A DNA stretch of 63,779 nt, the filler included, from Octopus bimaculoides (lineage: Eukaryota), in assembly GCF_001194135.2 (NCBI RefSeq). It is 5 parts of 5 records of this genome, joined end to end, with 100 filler letters (N's around TTAATTAATTAA, not from the genome) between each part and the next. Parts side by side here need not be neighbours in the genome. Positions count along the whole stretch, not along the records: positions 1 to 19,193 come from NC_068981.1; positions 19,294 to 38,579 come from NC_069005.1; 3 more parts are not named here. One strand, 5' to 3'. The position numbers and the translations under genes were made by a program. Shown here one piece after another: positions 11,975 to 24,786 of the stretch (position 1 is its first letter; each line of letters starts with the position of its first letter). Under the pieces are notes generated by a model. The model was not told the origin of the DNA, searched no databases, and was given only the letters and a program-made list of their open reading frames with translations.

Positions 11975-12185
11975 ACGGCGAGCTGACAGAGTCGTTAGCA
12001 CGCCGGGAAAAATACTTGGCAGTCTTTCGCCCGTCTTTACGTTCTCAGTTCAAATTCCACAAAGGTCGATTTTGCCTTTCATCCATTCTCAGTCGATGAA
12101 ATAAGTACCAGTCAATCACTGGGGTCGATATAATCTGTTAGCCCCTTCTCCAAAATTTCAGGCTTCGTGCCGTGATCTGAAACTA
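11975..12185 (+). mobile_element. tRNA-derived SINE family 1 (GGCGAGCTGGCAGAA head, OK-like)
   Basis: GGCGAGCTGACAGAGTCGTTAGCACGCCGG...GTTCAAATTCC...GTCGATGAAATAAGTACCAG...; ends in TTA repeats. Confidence 0.85.
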
Positions 12186-12199
12186 TTATTATTATAATT

Positions 12200-12350
12200 G
12201 AGTAAGGCTGCAAGATGGTAGAATCGTTACCGCACCGGACAATATGCTTAGCGGCATTTCTTTTGGTTCTTTGCGTTCTGATTTCAAATGTCGGCGACGT
12301 CAAATTTGCATTTCCTTCCCCCAGAGTCGATAAAATAAAATACTACCCAA
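12200..12350 (+). mobile_element. SINE family 1, degenerate tandem neighbour
   Basis: Head GTAGAATCGTTACCGCACCGGAC...GTCGATAAAATAA aligns to 11975 copy. Confidence 0.7.
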
Positions 12351-13116
12351 GTGCTGGTGTCGGGAGCATCAACTAACTCCCTACCCATTCGAATATACTA
12401 CATTAGAAGTATATTTATGCGTGTATTTTCTTTAGAATTAAAGCTTTTGCCTTTGAAAAATTCAAGCCGGAATTCAAGTGACAAATTTCGTTTAAGTTAT
12501 GACAGCTCTGCGGGGTTGTGAATATCTGAACTGGATGGTGTATGTGCATATGTCTGGATAAACTTGTACTTATGCAGCAGCTGTGCATATCGCATTAATG
12601 CACGAGTGTAAACATCATTACAGTGTGTGAATGTGTGTGTACGTGTGTGCGTGTGTGCGTGTGTGTGTGTGTGTGTTTGTGTGTGTTTGTGTGATTGTGT
12701 GCATGCGTTCACGTGTGTGCTTGTCTGTCTTTGTGTGATTGCCTGCATGCATTCACCTAGAAACTTTAAATGGAGAATCCTTGGAATATTTTACAATATT
12801 TCACTGTACCTCTAATCGATTTTATTTGGAGAAAACGAATCAATTTGCTTTGTCCTTTTCTTTCTTTCTTTCTTTCTTTCTTTATTTCTTGAGAACTTCA
12901 CCCTTTCGACGCTTTTATGTCATTCTCTTGTTACAAAGCCTAGTACACTTATGATAACAGCTAAAACTGAAAATCTGTTGTCTGGGTATAAGAGCGTCTA
13001 GATGCATTCATTGTCTTATAATGTTATAGAAAGAGAGAAGAAAACCTTAGCAATGCAGAAAATAAAACATTCAATTTTATTATTTTAAATATCTTCGTAT
13101 CTTTTATTTCCGACTC

Positions 13117-13151
<35 letters not shown>

Positions 13152-13293
13152 GCTTTTCTTTTAAAGTCAACTATTCTTGTCCATGGCTAGAGGTCGGTTG
13201 AGAATTTTCCAATCTGACAGCAGTCGTAGCATTCCATGGCATTCGTTGCAAACATTTGTCAGATTATTGTATTCAGTTCTTCTGACCTGAAAG

Positions 13294-13487
13294 ATGTTAA
13301 TTGAATAAAATAAAACGTTAACAAATTACTGTGAAACATCCGGCTTCATGTGAAATGTGTGTCTGAAGTATATATGAGGGTCTAGAACGTATAAATGCGT
13401 CATGTACTTCAGTTACATTTTTTCGCATGAAGCCGGATGTTTTAAAGTAATTTATTTACGTTTTTGTTTTATTCAGCTGTTAACATT
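13294..13487. repeat. About 195-bp imperfect palindrome (MITE/fold-back)
   Basis: AAACATCCGGCTTCATGTGAAA pairs with TTTCGCATGAAGCCGGATGTTT; arms extend outwards to TGTTAA..GAATAAAA / TTTTATTC..TTAACA and inwards to CTGAAGTA..ATGA / TCATGTACTTCAG. Confidence 0.8.
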
Positions 13488-13811
13488 CTATGAAAAAAAA
13501 AAAAAAAAATTGAACATATAGAATTGAAAATGATCATTTGATGAGTGGAAGCAATAAATTCCGAAAATACCAACACTGTTATTTGATGGGAAAAATCCTC
13601 CGAGTCAAGACAAAAACAGTTGATTTTGAAAGATTATATTTGGAAAAGAATCATTTTACATTTACAACATAAAATATTTAAAATAATAAAACTGTGGTGT
13701 AGAACTCATTATACTTATGATTCAGAACGAGTACAGAGCGGTAATAAGAAAAAGAGATGACAAAGGAGTAAACGATTACCGTATGAACTTCATTAGCTGT
13801 TTCTTCTATAA

Positions 13812-15740
13812 CAGTGGTTTTACTACTACACCTCCCCTATGAATTTGTCCTCTCCACGCCCCCTTTGCATCTATGAATAAAATTTCCTCCCAGATTTTAA
13901 ATAAAATCTAAAATATGTTTTTAGCCTTTTTATTGAAAATGAATTAGTCACATTATACAAAATATGTATAATTTTATATATAATCACATTATACAAAAAG
14001 TGAGATACTTGACACTCTTAGCAAAAAATGCTTTTTTCTTTTTGATTGAATAGGAATTAGTCACATTGTTAGTGAGATACTTGACACTGCTTCTTAGTTA
14101 CAAGATCTTGAATGCGTAGTTGAATGCCAGAGTGCACAACGTAAGTCCCTTTCAACGGTCAGCCTGTTTCTGTACTTGGTCTTGACAGCAACGAGCGTGG
14201 AAAATGCAGCTTCACAAAGATACGTGGATCCAAACATAGCTAAAATCCGAAGAACCTGATGTGAGATCAGAGGGTAAACAGGAAGGTACTTGATCCAGAA
14301 CATTTCAAGATCCAGTTCTTTGAAGTCTTCCTTAGCTGGGGAGTTGAACTTCAGCTCAAGAAACTCCTCTTGCACCTCATCCAAAATATCAGTCACTTCA
14401 CACTGAAATGGGTTCCTGATGAATTTCCAAGCTTCACGCTTTTCATCTATATCTGAGAAGTATCTGATCAATTCTGTTTTCAAGCCAGTTAGATGAGTGA
14501 TTATTTGTTTCTTTAACTCAGAATTAAGTAATTAAAACTGGCTGTATTTCCCTGCTGAATTCGACATTTCCAGAGGTCGAGTTTGGTCATGAAGTTTCGA
14601 ACAGTGTCGCGGTGCGTGAGAATGTTGATATTTTCCCCTTATAGGTCGAGAGTATTCAATGCTTCGAAGATGCCTACCAGGTGAGCTAGAGATAGCTGAA
14701 AGCCTTGAGACTGAAACTTGTCATGGAGATCTGCCTTCTGCTGCAAATCTAGAAATATCGCTACATCTCGTAGTTCATAAAGCCGTCCACGCATGTTCCC
14801 ATTTGATTGCCCTTGTACGTTCGGGTGAAAAAGCAATGCTTCATGTTCAGATTACATATCTTTACTCAATAGTTTGTAAAGAAAACTGTTGACCTTTAAC
14901 AAAGTTGACAACCTTGATAGCCACGTTCAGGACATTTCTCATGTTCAGTAGGTAAGGTTCTGGATGCTAAGGCTTCACCCTAGTAATGAATCCAGACTGC
15001 AAATCAAGCATGGCACACTATTAGTTCACACTCCTACCAGCGAATCCCACGAAAGTTGGTTTTCCTGAGAGAAGTTTGATACATCACGAAAAATAGCTGC
15101 TGCTGTTGTACAACTATCCAAAGGATGACAGAACAACATTTCCTCTTTTATACAGTTGCCTGACACAAAACAAACATATACTAATAGCTCAGAACACTGA
15201 GCGATGTTAGTCGTTTTGTCACACTGGATGGCAGAAACAAGTCATCGATCCTTCCCTTGACTTTATTGTTTGATAGTGAAATCTGGAAAAGCTTGTTCGC
15301 ACTATCGTTCCCCAGAACGGGTTCTGCTGCGCGGAGTAGACTTGGTTTTATGAGAGACTCCCCGATGTTATGGCACTTCTTGCTCTTTGCAATCAACATG
15401 GCGATCTCATTGGAAGCTTCAACAACCATTGAAGTTTGTTGCCGAAATGCTCCACTACCGACTTAGCTTGCTTCAAGGATTGTGTTTTTGTTTCAAAGAA
15501 CGCCTTGGGCTTGTCTGCAAGAGCAAAATGTGTTGTCCTCAAATGGCGTTCCTAGCATGAGGGTCGTATTCCATCACTGGTCAAAGTTTTGCAACATATC
15601 ACACACTGGGGGACTTCTGTGTCACTCTTTTAGAGGGACACGAATCCAAGTCGAATATATTCGTCAAGATACTTCCGTTTCTTCGTACTCATTGCGAATT
15701 ATTGGATGTGCAGTGGACAACACAAATATGTGAACAAAAG
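13812..15740 (-). pseudogene. Degenerate hAT (Buster/Charlie, ZBED8/FAM200-like) transposase and 3' end
   Basis: BED-finger-like QCVICCKTL...ERHL (15480-15660), EIAMLIAKSKKCHNIGESLIKP...SLSNNKVKGRI, hATC-like FWIKYLPVYPLIS...FGSTYLCEAAFSTLVAVKTKYRNRL; TIR-like CAGTGGTTTT at 13812; many stops and frameshifts. Confidence 0.9.
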
Positions 15741-16694
15741 ATAAGGCACGTGTAAGGTAATGTCAAGGCCCAAGTTAGAACGCTTGGAGTAAAAAGTTCT
15801 GAAAAAAATTAAAACAAAAAAATTTGGAATAAAAGTTAAATTAAAAGAAAAGTTACACGAAAATTTGTACAATAAGATGTTGTATTTATTTGTACGAAAA
15901 TATAAAAAAAGTTTCTCTAAAAAGAAAAAAATTTGCAGAGCTTTTAGTTTTATCTAGTATTTTCAATAATATTTAAATCTGAACTCTAGTTTAACATTTG
16001 GCTTTATATTACAATTTTTTTCTTACAAAAAAATTTACTGTTTTTAACATAAATATTTAATATTAAAAATTTTGGTTTTCTTGTTAATTTTTTTTTATTT
16101 TTTCAATCTATGTTTTAAATTTTTTGAGACTTGATTAAATTGAGAGATAGTAAAACCTATTACATACTTTTTGTTTTATTTCCTATTTTTAAATATATTA
16201 TACTTTTTATCTTGCTAAAATTTTAAAATAGTTTTCAATTTTTTAAATTAAGTTAATATTTCTTAGTATGTTGCTATAATGGTTTGATAATGTTTCAGCA
16301 TGTCCCTTGATTTTTAAGAATCACATTATTTGATATGTATGAAAACTGTGGATCAAACTTATAATCTATTAACTGAAATAGCTGTTTGTCTTTACGCGAT
16401 GATAATATCTAAGCTTTATACCAGTGGTTCTTAACCTGAGTCTTCTTGTAACAAAAAAAACAAAAACAAAATAAAGGCAATGTTAAAGCTACAATTCAGA
16501 ATTGGTGAGGCTTTTGAGGAATATAAAGTGGGGGCCAATAAGTACAGAAAATTGTAAGCGGCGCTAAAAAAACTAAAGGTATAAGGCGATACTTTTTGCA
16601 TTTTTTCATAAACTTCTCCGCCTGACAACATAAAATGATAATCAGGCAACATTTCCAAAAGACGCCTTCTGCACGAAAAATATAAAATTAAATA

Positions 16695-17080
16695 TAGGTG
16701 CACTCGTGGCTGTGTGGTAAGAAGCTTGTTTCCTAATCACATGATTCTGGGTTCAGTCCCAAGGCGTGGTACCTTGGGCAAGATCTACTATATCCTCAAA
16801 GTCTTGTGGGAGGGTTTGGTAGACGGAAACTGAAAGATGCCCGTCGTTTACGTATGTGTGTGTTGTGTGTGTGTGTGTGTGTGTGTCTTTGTGTCTATGT
16901 TTGTTCCCCTACCACCGCTTGACAACAAGTGTTGATGCATTTGCGTCCCGTATCTTAGCAATAGAGTAAGTATTAGGCTTTAAAAAAAGAAGCATTAGCC
17001 TAAAAATTTCAAGGCGATATCTCAGCATGGCTGCAGTCTAATGACTGAAACAAGCAACAGATAAAAGATAAAGATAAACG
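16695..17080 (+). mobile_element. tRNA-derived SINE family 2 (CORE/OR-like) with internal (TG)n
   Basis: GTGGCTGTGTGGTAAGAAGC head, GGGTTCAGTCCC B box, ACCTTGGGCAAG core, GGTAGACGGAAACTGAAAGA, tail CAGCATGGCTGCAGTCTAATGACTGAAACAAG. Confidence 0.85.
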
Positions 17081-17339
17081 AGATAGCGGGGATTAACTTA
17101 TTTTATGTAGTGAGACATATTTTCTTAGCAACTCCCCTGTCAAAACAATTTCAAAGTAGTCATCGCTTTTATTGATAATAATTAGGATAGGGAGTTGACA
17201 GAAACTGTAATGTATGAACTAAATGCTCAATAGTAATTAAGTCACTCCCCGTGCGCCCAAACGTTAAAAGCTGACCTTTTCAGTATTTAACGTTTATCTT
17301 CCTATTAGTTTCAAATGTTTCCTATTAGTTTCAAAGCCA

Positions 17340-17535
17340 GCAATATCGAGGGCGGGGGCGGGGTTAAGTCGATTACGTCGATCTCAGTGTTCAACTGGTA
17401 CTTATTTTATCGACTCCAAAAGGATGAAGGGCAAAGTCAACCGCGGTGGAATTTGAACTCAGAACATACAGACGGGTGAAATGCCGTTAAGCATATTGCC
17501 CGACATGCTAACGATTCTGCCAGCACGCCGCCTTG
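17340..17535 (-). mobile_element. SINE family 1
   Basis: Reverse complement of the 11975 family. Confidence 0.85.
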
Positions 17536-17722
17536 TCAATGAATATGTATTGGATTAATGTACTGGACGCTTTGGTTGATTATACGCAGCACCAAATTTC
17601 ATTTATTTCAACTATTGATTGGGTTAGACATTCATTTTATACATAATAGATAAGCTATCCAAATGTGCTTGNNNNNNNNNNCACATACCTGTACGTATAT
17701 ATGCATATACTCATTTACTATT

Positions 17723-17761
<39 letters not shown>

Positions 17762-18177
17762 TGGGGGGGGGAGACAGACAGAGAGGCAGAGACAGACAGA
17801 CAGACAGACAGACAAAGAGATGAGAGAGAGAGAGAGAGAAGCAATAAGGGAAAGTAAGCGGGAAAGATATTTTCTATCAGGACTTGAGCTTGCACGTTCC
17901 TCACAATATTTTACTTTTGTAGCAAGTTCTGTGGATTATCCTTGGCCTGATATGGCTTCTTCTTCTTCTTCTTCTTCTTCTTCTTCTTCTTCCACCGCTG
18001 CTGCTGCTGCAGCTGCTACTACTACTACTGAGCGATTCGTATGCGAAAAAAAAAAAACAATGATTCTGTCTACCACAGGATTTCAATCATGCTATCTGTT
18101 TTGTTTTGTTTTTAACAACAAAATCTTACATCCATGTATAAATATGCTTATGTATTACATAGTGTATATATCTTTTC

Positions 18178-18350
18178 TACTCTAGGCACAAGGTTCAAAA
18201 TTTCTGGGGAGGAGGCCAATCGATTAGATTGACCCCAGAACACAACTGGTACTTAATTTATCGACCCCGAAAGGATGAAAGGCAAAGACAGACGAAATAC
18301 CGTTAAGCATTTCGCCCGGTGTGCTAACGTTTCTGCCAGCTCACCGCCTT
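18178..18350 (-). mobile_element. SINE family 1 with internal deletion
   Basis: Ends GTGCTAACGTTTCTGCCAGCTCACCGCCTT; central B-box region missing. Confidence 0.85.
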
Positions 18351-19293
18351 ACATAGTGTATGTATCAAAATGCTTATGTGTATATATAATCATATATCTG
18401 ACACATGTAGCAAATATCTAGTTGAGATTGCTATATATAAAAGTCTATGATTTGTTTTTACAATATATACTCGTGGGACTATGCCAGACGTTATGATCAA
18501 ACAGTTTCAAGATTCGGCAGTATTATACGTAGTCTGAATGTACCTTCACAGTTCAGCTCCATAATAGATGGTGTGCGCCATTGTCACAGCCAGCCCACTA
18601 TATTCCTTGTTGTCTTTCTATTATCATTAACATAGACCTTATTTTCTGGCAAAGACAAAACATTAAGTAATTCCGAACTTTGATAGCGGTAGCAATCCCC
18701 AATACGCATGGTGATGTTTTAGTCGTCCGCTGTTTTTTAATTTTTTAAATTTTTTTATATATTTTGTCGCAGGTTCATTTGGATCAATGATTGAGTAATA
18801 ACTTTCAACCTTATATTAAACTATATAAACGGAACTCGATGCTATCAAATCTCTCTTTTTGGTCTGAGTGAAAAATCGACAGAGAAGTTGGCAGTACTTA
18901 TCAGCCATGCATTGACTATACAAACGAAACGAAAAACTATCATCTCTGTGTGTCTGTCTCTCTGCTTAGAACTAATCTAGAACGAAGAATCAGCAGAATC
19001 ATTCATTATATATTCTTGTTTCAGCTGGTCGTTGTAAAGACAGATTTCAAAGAACATTATAGAGTTTATATTTTGATGAATTAAAATATACCAACAGACT
19101 AAATTAATTTATGTGCATTGAGTCTCTCTATTTTCAAACTTATTAATCATATATATATATATATATATAATCAAAATAAGCAACAAAGATATCNNNNNNN
19201 NNNNNNNNNNNNNNNNNNNNNNNNNNNNNNNNNNNNNTTAATTAATTAANNNNNNNNNNNNNNNNNNNNNNNNNNNNNNNNNNNNNNNNNNNN

Positions 19294-19350
<57 letters not shown>

Positions 19351-19792
19351 ATATATATATTTTGGGGACTGCCATGTTGGCTTGGCGATAACTATTAATA
19401 TCCAGTATCGCTGCCGTAGTCTCCTTTAGAGAGACTTAGAAATATTAATATCTCTATTTCTGAAAACCAGTGCATGTATTCCAACTTTATATGCAAAGAA
19501 TGTTATGAACTGAATATCATACATTTCTTTACGCTTTTACTTCCACACCTAACTGAATGCCAAACAATAACAAAATTTCAATGTCAAACCAAAATAAATA
19601 TCTTCACCATATCTTTCTAGCAAGCCATGCCCAACAAAAAAATACTTCCCCCTATCTTCTTCTATTTTGTATTCTCTCCTTCCGACACAACTATTTCTTT
19701 CTCTACCCGCACCACACTTAATTGTCTTCACAGTGCTTCATCTGTTGAAAAAACCGCTGCCAAAGACTATACAAAACGAACAAAAAAGAACA

Positions 19793-19854
<62 letters not shown>

Positions 19855-19859
19855 TGATA

Positions 19860-20030
19860 TATACAACGGGCTTCTTTAGTTTCTCTTTACCAAGCCCACT
19901 GACAAGGCCTTGGTCGGTTCGGGGCTATAGCAGAAGACACTTACCCAAGGTGCCACCCAGTGAAACTGAACTCGAAACCATGTGGTTGGGAAGCGAACTT
20001 CTTACCAAACAGCCACGCTTGTGCTGGAGG
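19860..20030 (-). mobile_element. SINE family 2, 5' half
   Basis: ACACTTACCCAAGGTGCCAC...AACCATGTGGTTGGGAAGCGAACTTCTTACCAAACAGCCACGC. Confidence 0.8.
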
Positions 20031-20099
20031 GGAGGAACCCAGCACTGGAAAAGCTAGTCCCCATAATTTGCAGAAGCCTAGAGAACAGTTTTCTTACAT

Positions 20100-20272
20100 A
20101 TTGATTTCAAATTTTGGCACCAGGCAAGCAATTTCGAGGAAGGGGATAAGTCGATTACATCGACCCCAGTACTCAAGTGGTACTTATTTTAGTTACCCTG
20201 AAAGGATAAAAAGTAATGTCAACATCCGCGGAATTTGAACTCTGAATGTAAAGACGGACGAAATGCCGTTGA
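20100..20272 (-). mobile_element. SINE family 1, 5'-truncated
   Basis: Reverse-complement match to family body. Confidence 0.75.
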
Positions 20273-20335
20273 GCAGCTGATCTCCTTACAGTTTTCCAGC
20301 ATATTAATTAGTGTAAGTTACACTGTGTAACAATT

Positions 20336-20398
<63 letters not shown>

Positions 20399-22479
20399 CA
20401 GTAAGTGTTATTTCCTATTTGCTTCTATCTAGAAATCAAAAGAAATGACTACTATTCCCTTCAAACTCTGCTTTTCTGACCCGGACATCAATATCTTGAA
20501 ATTGACCTATTTTCCATTACATTTCAGACAGGTTCAGCGCTGAGTTGCTGAAGCAGAAATATCGTTATAGCTCAGTACCACAGATTTACTTGTCAGTTGC
20601 TTGATCTTAACCAGTTGAGCATGTCCCTTAGTGGCTGATGATATGTGCATCTCTGATGATGAGCAAAAGTAGTGGGGGAGCATCATAGCCATGTGTCGAG
20701 AGGAGTTCTTTGGGGTTTGAATAAAGGTGAAAAAACCAAAGTTTGAAGGAAATATTAGCCATTTGACATACTTTCTAGGGGTAAGAAAATAAGAAATAAC
20801 AGTTCCTACCCGAGGACAAAAATCGTGTTGCACAGTGCTAGTCAACTAACCCGAGAAAGTCAACATTACATTAACGTATACGTTATNNNNNNNNNNNNNN
20901 NNNNNNNNNNNNNNNNNNNNNNNNNNNNNNNNNNNNNNNNNNNNNNNNNNNNNNNNNNNNNNNNNNNNNNNNNNNNNNNNNNNNNNNNNNNNNNNNNNNN
21001 NNNNNNNNNNNNNNNNNNNNNNNNNNNNNNNNNNNNNNNNNNNNNNNNNNNNNNNNNNNNNNNNNNNNNNNNNNNNNNNNNNNNNNNNNNNNNNNNNNNN
21101 NNNNNNNNNNNNNNNNNNNNNNNNNNNNNNNNNNNNNNNNNNNNNNNNNNNNNNNNNNNNNNNNNNNNNNNNNNNNNNNNNNNNNNNNNNNNNNNNNNNN
21201 NNNNNNNNNNNNNNNNNNNNNNNNNNNNNNNNNNNNNNNNNNNNNNNNNNNNNNNNNNNNNNNNNNNNNNNNNNNNNNNNNNNNNNNNNNNNNNNNNNNN
21301 NNNNNNNNNNNNNNNNNNNNNNNNNNNNNNNNNNNNNNNNNNNNNNNNNNNNNNNNNNNNNNNTGGGTGACAGAATTAATTTTTCATTCCGTTTAATGTC
21401 GCTAACTGGCACCCGCGGTGGCTTTAGCGGAGCCTATTCGCCCACTCTCGCACAAGTGTTCGGGATCGGGTCACTCTAGTTTGAAGATACCCTCCTTCTT
21501 CCCTCCTTCCCTCTCCCTCACCTTCCCTCTCCTCTCCCTCCTTCCCTCACCCTCCGTCCCTCCCTCTCACTTTCTCACTCCCTCTCACTTTCTCATTCCC
21601 TCTCTCCTTCCCTCCCACTTGTCTTGGAGACCATGTGAAAGATCATGAGCACTGGCGCCTCTTTAGATTAAAAGATAAAGAGAAAGCTGCTTCATGCCTT
21701 ACGGTCGATGTGAAGGACCGCCTTTTACTCACATTTTTACTCACATACAATAAAAGAAAAAAATACAGAAAAAACAGAAAGAATGTAAATTTCCTCATGG
21801 TTCTCCGAGTACCGAACAATTATTTCGGTTGAAGCCCACGTCTCATTTGTTCAAACACGTTATTTGTGAATCCCATGAGAATTTTCTAGAAACGTAACTG
21901 CAACATGCAAACTTCGTTGTTTGTAATAGGTCACGTAATTGTATATTTACGTATATGTAATGTATTGTGTGGCAATGACGAATACCTATTGTTAATAGGT
22001 GTGTTATGCTTGAATGCTATTTCATTACCTTTAAGGTGTGTCCAACTAACATTATGATGCGCTTACTCATAATTTTAAAAGAAGTAACGCACAAAGGAAA
22101 CCTGTAACTGTTCTCAAATTATATATCGTATTACACATTTTAGGTTCATTGATTTTACAGGTCAAGGCATTTTTGTTTATTTCGTAGGATGGAAAATTAC
22201 GTTTTCTAATATACGATTCACGGGTATGTTATTGCATTAAAAGTATTCATAAGCTGAAGTTAGTATTGCGTTTTCTTTCTATCCTCCTACAGTGTAACTC
22301 GTCGCGGGTTTCTTTTTCTTTCGTATTGAAAATATGCAGCATAATTTGTAAGCCATGCCTATCTGTGCTATTTCTGCGCCTTATATATGTAAGTCGCGAG
22401 GTTTGGGTTGCATAATATATATCTGTACCTTTTAAAAACTTTCCCAAAATTACTGGCCTTATTATACCTAAATCAGAAA

Positions 22480-22670
22480 CAATTACTGCTCTTGTTATTA
22501 TTGCCCGAGGTGGACTGCCTTCTATTTATTTATTTTTCTGAATATTTTTTTCTATTTCTTTTGTTGTTTCCTTTTTGATCGATGTAAACCCAACATTTTT
22601 GTGTGTTGACTTTCGTTTTTTGATGTCCCAAACGTTTTGGCCCATGTGGCCATTAAAGAAATAATAATAA
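22480..22670 (+). mobile_element. 3' UTR remnant of L1/Tx1-like LINE
   Basis: T-rich UTR ending GGCCCATGTGGCCATTAAAGAAAT resembles 9720-9755. Confidence 0.45.
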
Positions 22671-22671
22671 T

Positions 22672-22801
22672 AACCTACAATCTAGGTATATTGCAAAAAT
22701 CAGCATTACCTGAACTGCACGCATATTGCGTAAAGTACTTGTTGTGACTTGACAGACAGTAAAAACTCCCGGTAGACACAATATCTTCAATCAACATCAC
22801 G

Positions 22802-22810
<9 letters not shown>
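22672..22810 (+). mobile_element. 3' end of RLE (R4/Dong-like) LINE
   Basis: ILQKSAL...HILRKVL C-terminal motif then short UTR running into (TAA)n. Confidence 0.65.
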
Positions 22811-22859
<49 letters not shown>

Positions 22860-22862
<3 letters not shown>

Positions 22863-24533
22863 TGAATGTGGATACAACTGTTACGGCAAAACAACCAGCC
22901 AGCTCTTATATATGGATGATCTAAAACTACGCTACAAATGATAAACATCTGGAAACATTAATACAGACAGTACATGGATTTACCAAAGAAATGAACATCA
23001 AATTTGACTTGGAAAAATGTGCCAAAGCAACCTTGAAAAGAGGAAAGCTAGTTAAGAGTAGCAATGTCACACTAAATGACGCAAATGAAATAAGAGAATC
23101 AGATCAAAGCCAGACATACAAATACTTAGGAATCAATAAACTAGATACGATGTAACACACACAAATGAAAGAGAAGATAAGAAAAGATTACTATAAACGA
23201 GTTAGATTAATACTAGAAATAGAGCTCAATGCGAAAAACAAGATAATAGGTATAAACACTCTAGCTGTCCCAGTTATAAGTTACAGCAACAATATTCTTA
23301 ACTGGACTCTAAATGAACTAATCAAAACAGACAGGAAAACAAGAAAAATAATGACAGGATTTAGGATGCACCACCCAAAATCTGACATAGAAAGGTTATA
23401 TATACAACGTATCGAAGTTGGTGGAAACCTTATTACAAAATAACCACAATAGGACTACAGAAATACCTACTTTAGAAACAAGGAAAACTAATACAAATAG
23501 CCACAAAACACGAACAAAACAAAAAAGCTGTTTTCAGTCTTCAAGGAAGCTGACAAATACAAAAAAAAGTCATAGTACCTAACAACTATGAAAGAAAAGA
23601 AGAAACAGTAAAAGCTGTGAAACAACTGAAATCCAAGCTATAACTGGAACAGTAACGGATCATGATAAAACGATGGCAAGAAAAGCCCCTACATGGCAAA
23701 TATTGAGTTAAGCTAAACAGAAAAGCAATAGACAAAGCAATATCGCAACAATGGCTGAGAATCTCAGGACTCAAAGTAGAGACTGAAGGAGTTTTCATTG
23801 AAGCACAAGATCAAAGCTTTCCCACCAGAAATTACCAAAAACATGTAATGAAAAGAAACATAAGTAACTGCAGAATATGTGGAGATGGACAAGAAACAAT
23901 AAATCATATTGTCCCTGGCTGCCCAGTCCTGGCTAAGAAGGAATATATTCACAGACACGACAAAGTTGGGACCTATATACACTGAAAGCTATGCCAACAC
24001 TATGGAATAACAACAACAACAAAAAAGAGATGGTATAGGCACACGCTAGAGAAGGTCACAGAAAATGTGAAAGCAACCATACTCTGGGATATGCCAATAC
24101 ACACAGAGAAATTAAGGCCAATAGGCCGGATATAGTTGTCAGAGATCACCAAGAAAAAACAATGCTTTCTAATCGCTGTATCAATACCAACAGATGACAA
24201 TGTTTCTCTAAAAAAACGGAAAAACTTTCAAAATACAAAAAACTGGAAATAGAGATAACTTGTATGTGGAATCTAAAAACAGAAATAATTCCTATCATAG
24301 TAGGCGCATTGGGTAGATAAGAAAATATTCAGACAAATACATAACAAAAGCACCAGGACTTACAAATATATATAACATACAGAAAATAGCACAATTAGTC
24401 ACCGCACACATCCTACGTAAAACATTTTCAATACAGTAAAAATAAGAGCGTCACAACAAACCACGGCACATACCCAAGGCACACAGAGCTGCGCTTGGTA
24501 ATGCAGTGAAAGCATGTGATAAAAATAAGACTA

Positions 24534-24540
<7 letters not shown>
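22860..24540 (+). mobile_element. 5'-truncated R4/Dong-like RLE LINE flanked by (TAA)n
   Basis: LLYMDDLK, FDLEKCAK, YKYLGI, NKIIGINTLAVPVISYS, CRICG..ETINHIVPGC..Y..RHDKV zinc knuckle, RPDIVVRD nuclease motif, PIIVGALG; (TAA)n at both ends. Confidence 0.9.
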
Positions 24541-24606
<66 letters not shown>

Positions 24607-24648
24607 TCATCATCCTCGTTGTTGTTACTATCATTATTATTATTATTA

Positions 24649-24720
<72 letters not shown>

Positions 24721-24722
24721 TT
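24537..24722. repeat. (TAA)n / (TTA)n / (TAA)n alternating-orientation trinucleotide block
   Basis: Direct inspection. Confidence 0.9.
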
Positions 24723-24786
24723 CGTGCTTGGAAGAAGTGGACGCTTGTTCGTGACTAGTAACTTTTCTTTAAAATTTGTTGTTTTA

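Noticed and set aside
13060-13146. AATAAA followed by 50-nt poly(A) as a processed pseudogene
   Set aside because: No upstream ORF or TSD identifiable.
16422-16440. CAGTGGTTCTTAACC as the second TIR of the hAT transposase
   Set aside because: Same orientation as the TIR-like end at 13812, so it cannot close that element; more likely the start of a separate decayed hAT MITE.
19194-19293. TTAATTAATTAA island centred in a 100-bp N gap (also 38580-38679, 48145-48244, 61685-61784)
   Set aside because: Identical 44N-12-44N format four times, with stops in all six frames: an artificial scaffolding linker, not biology.
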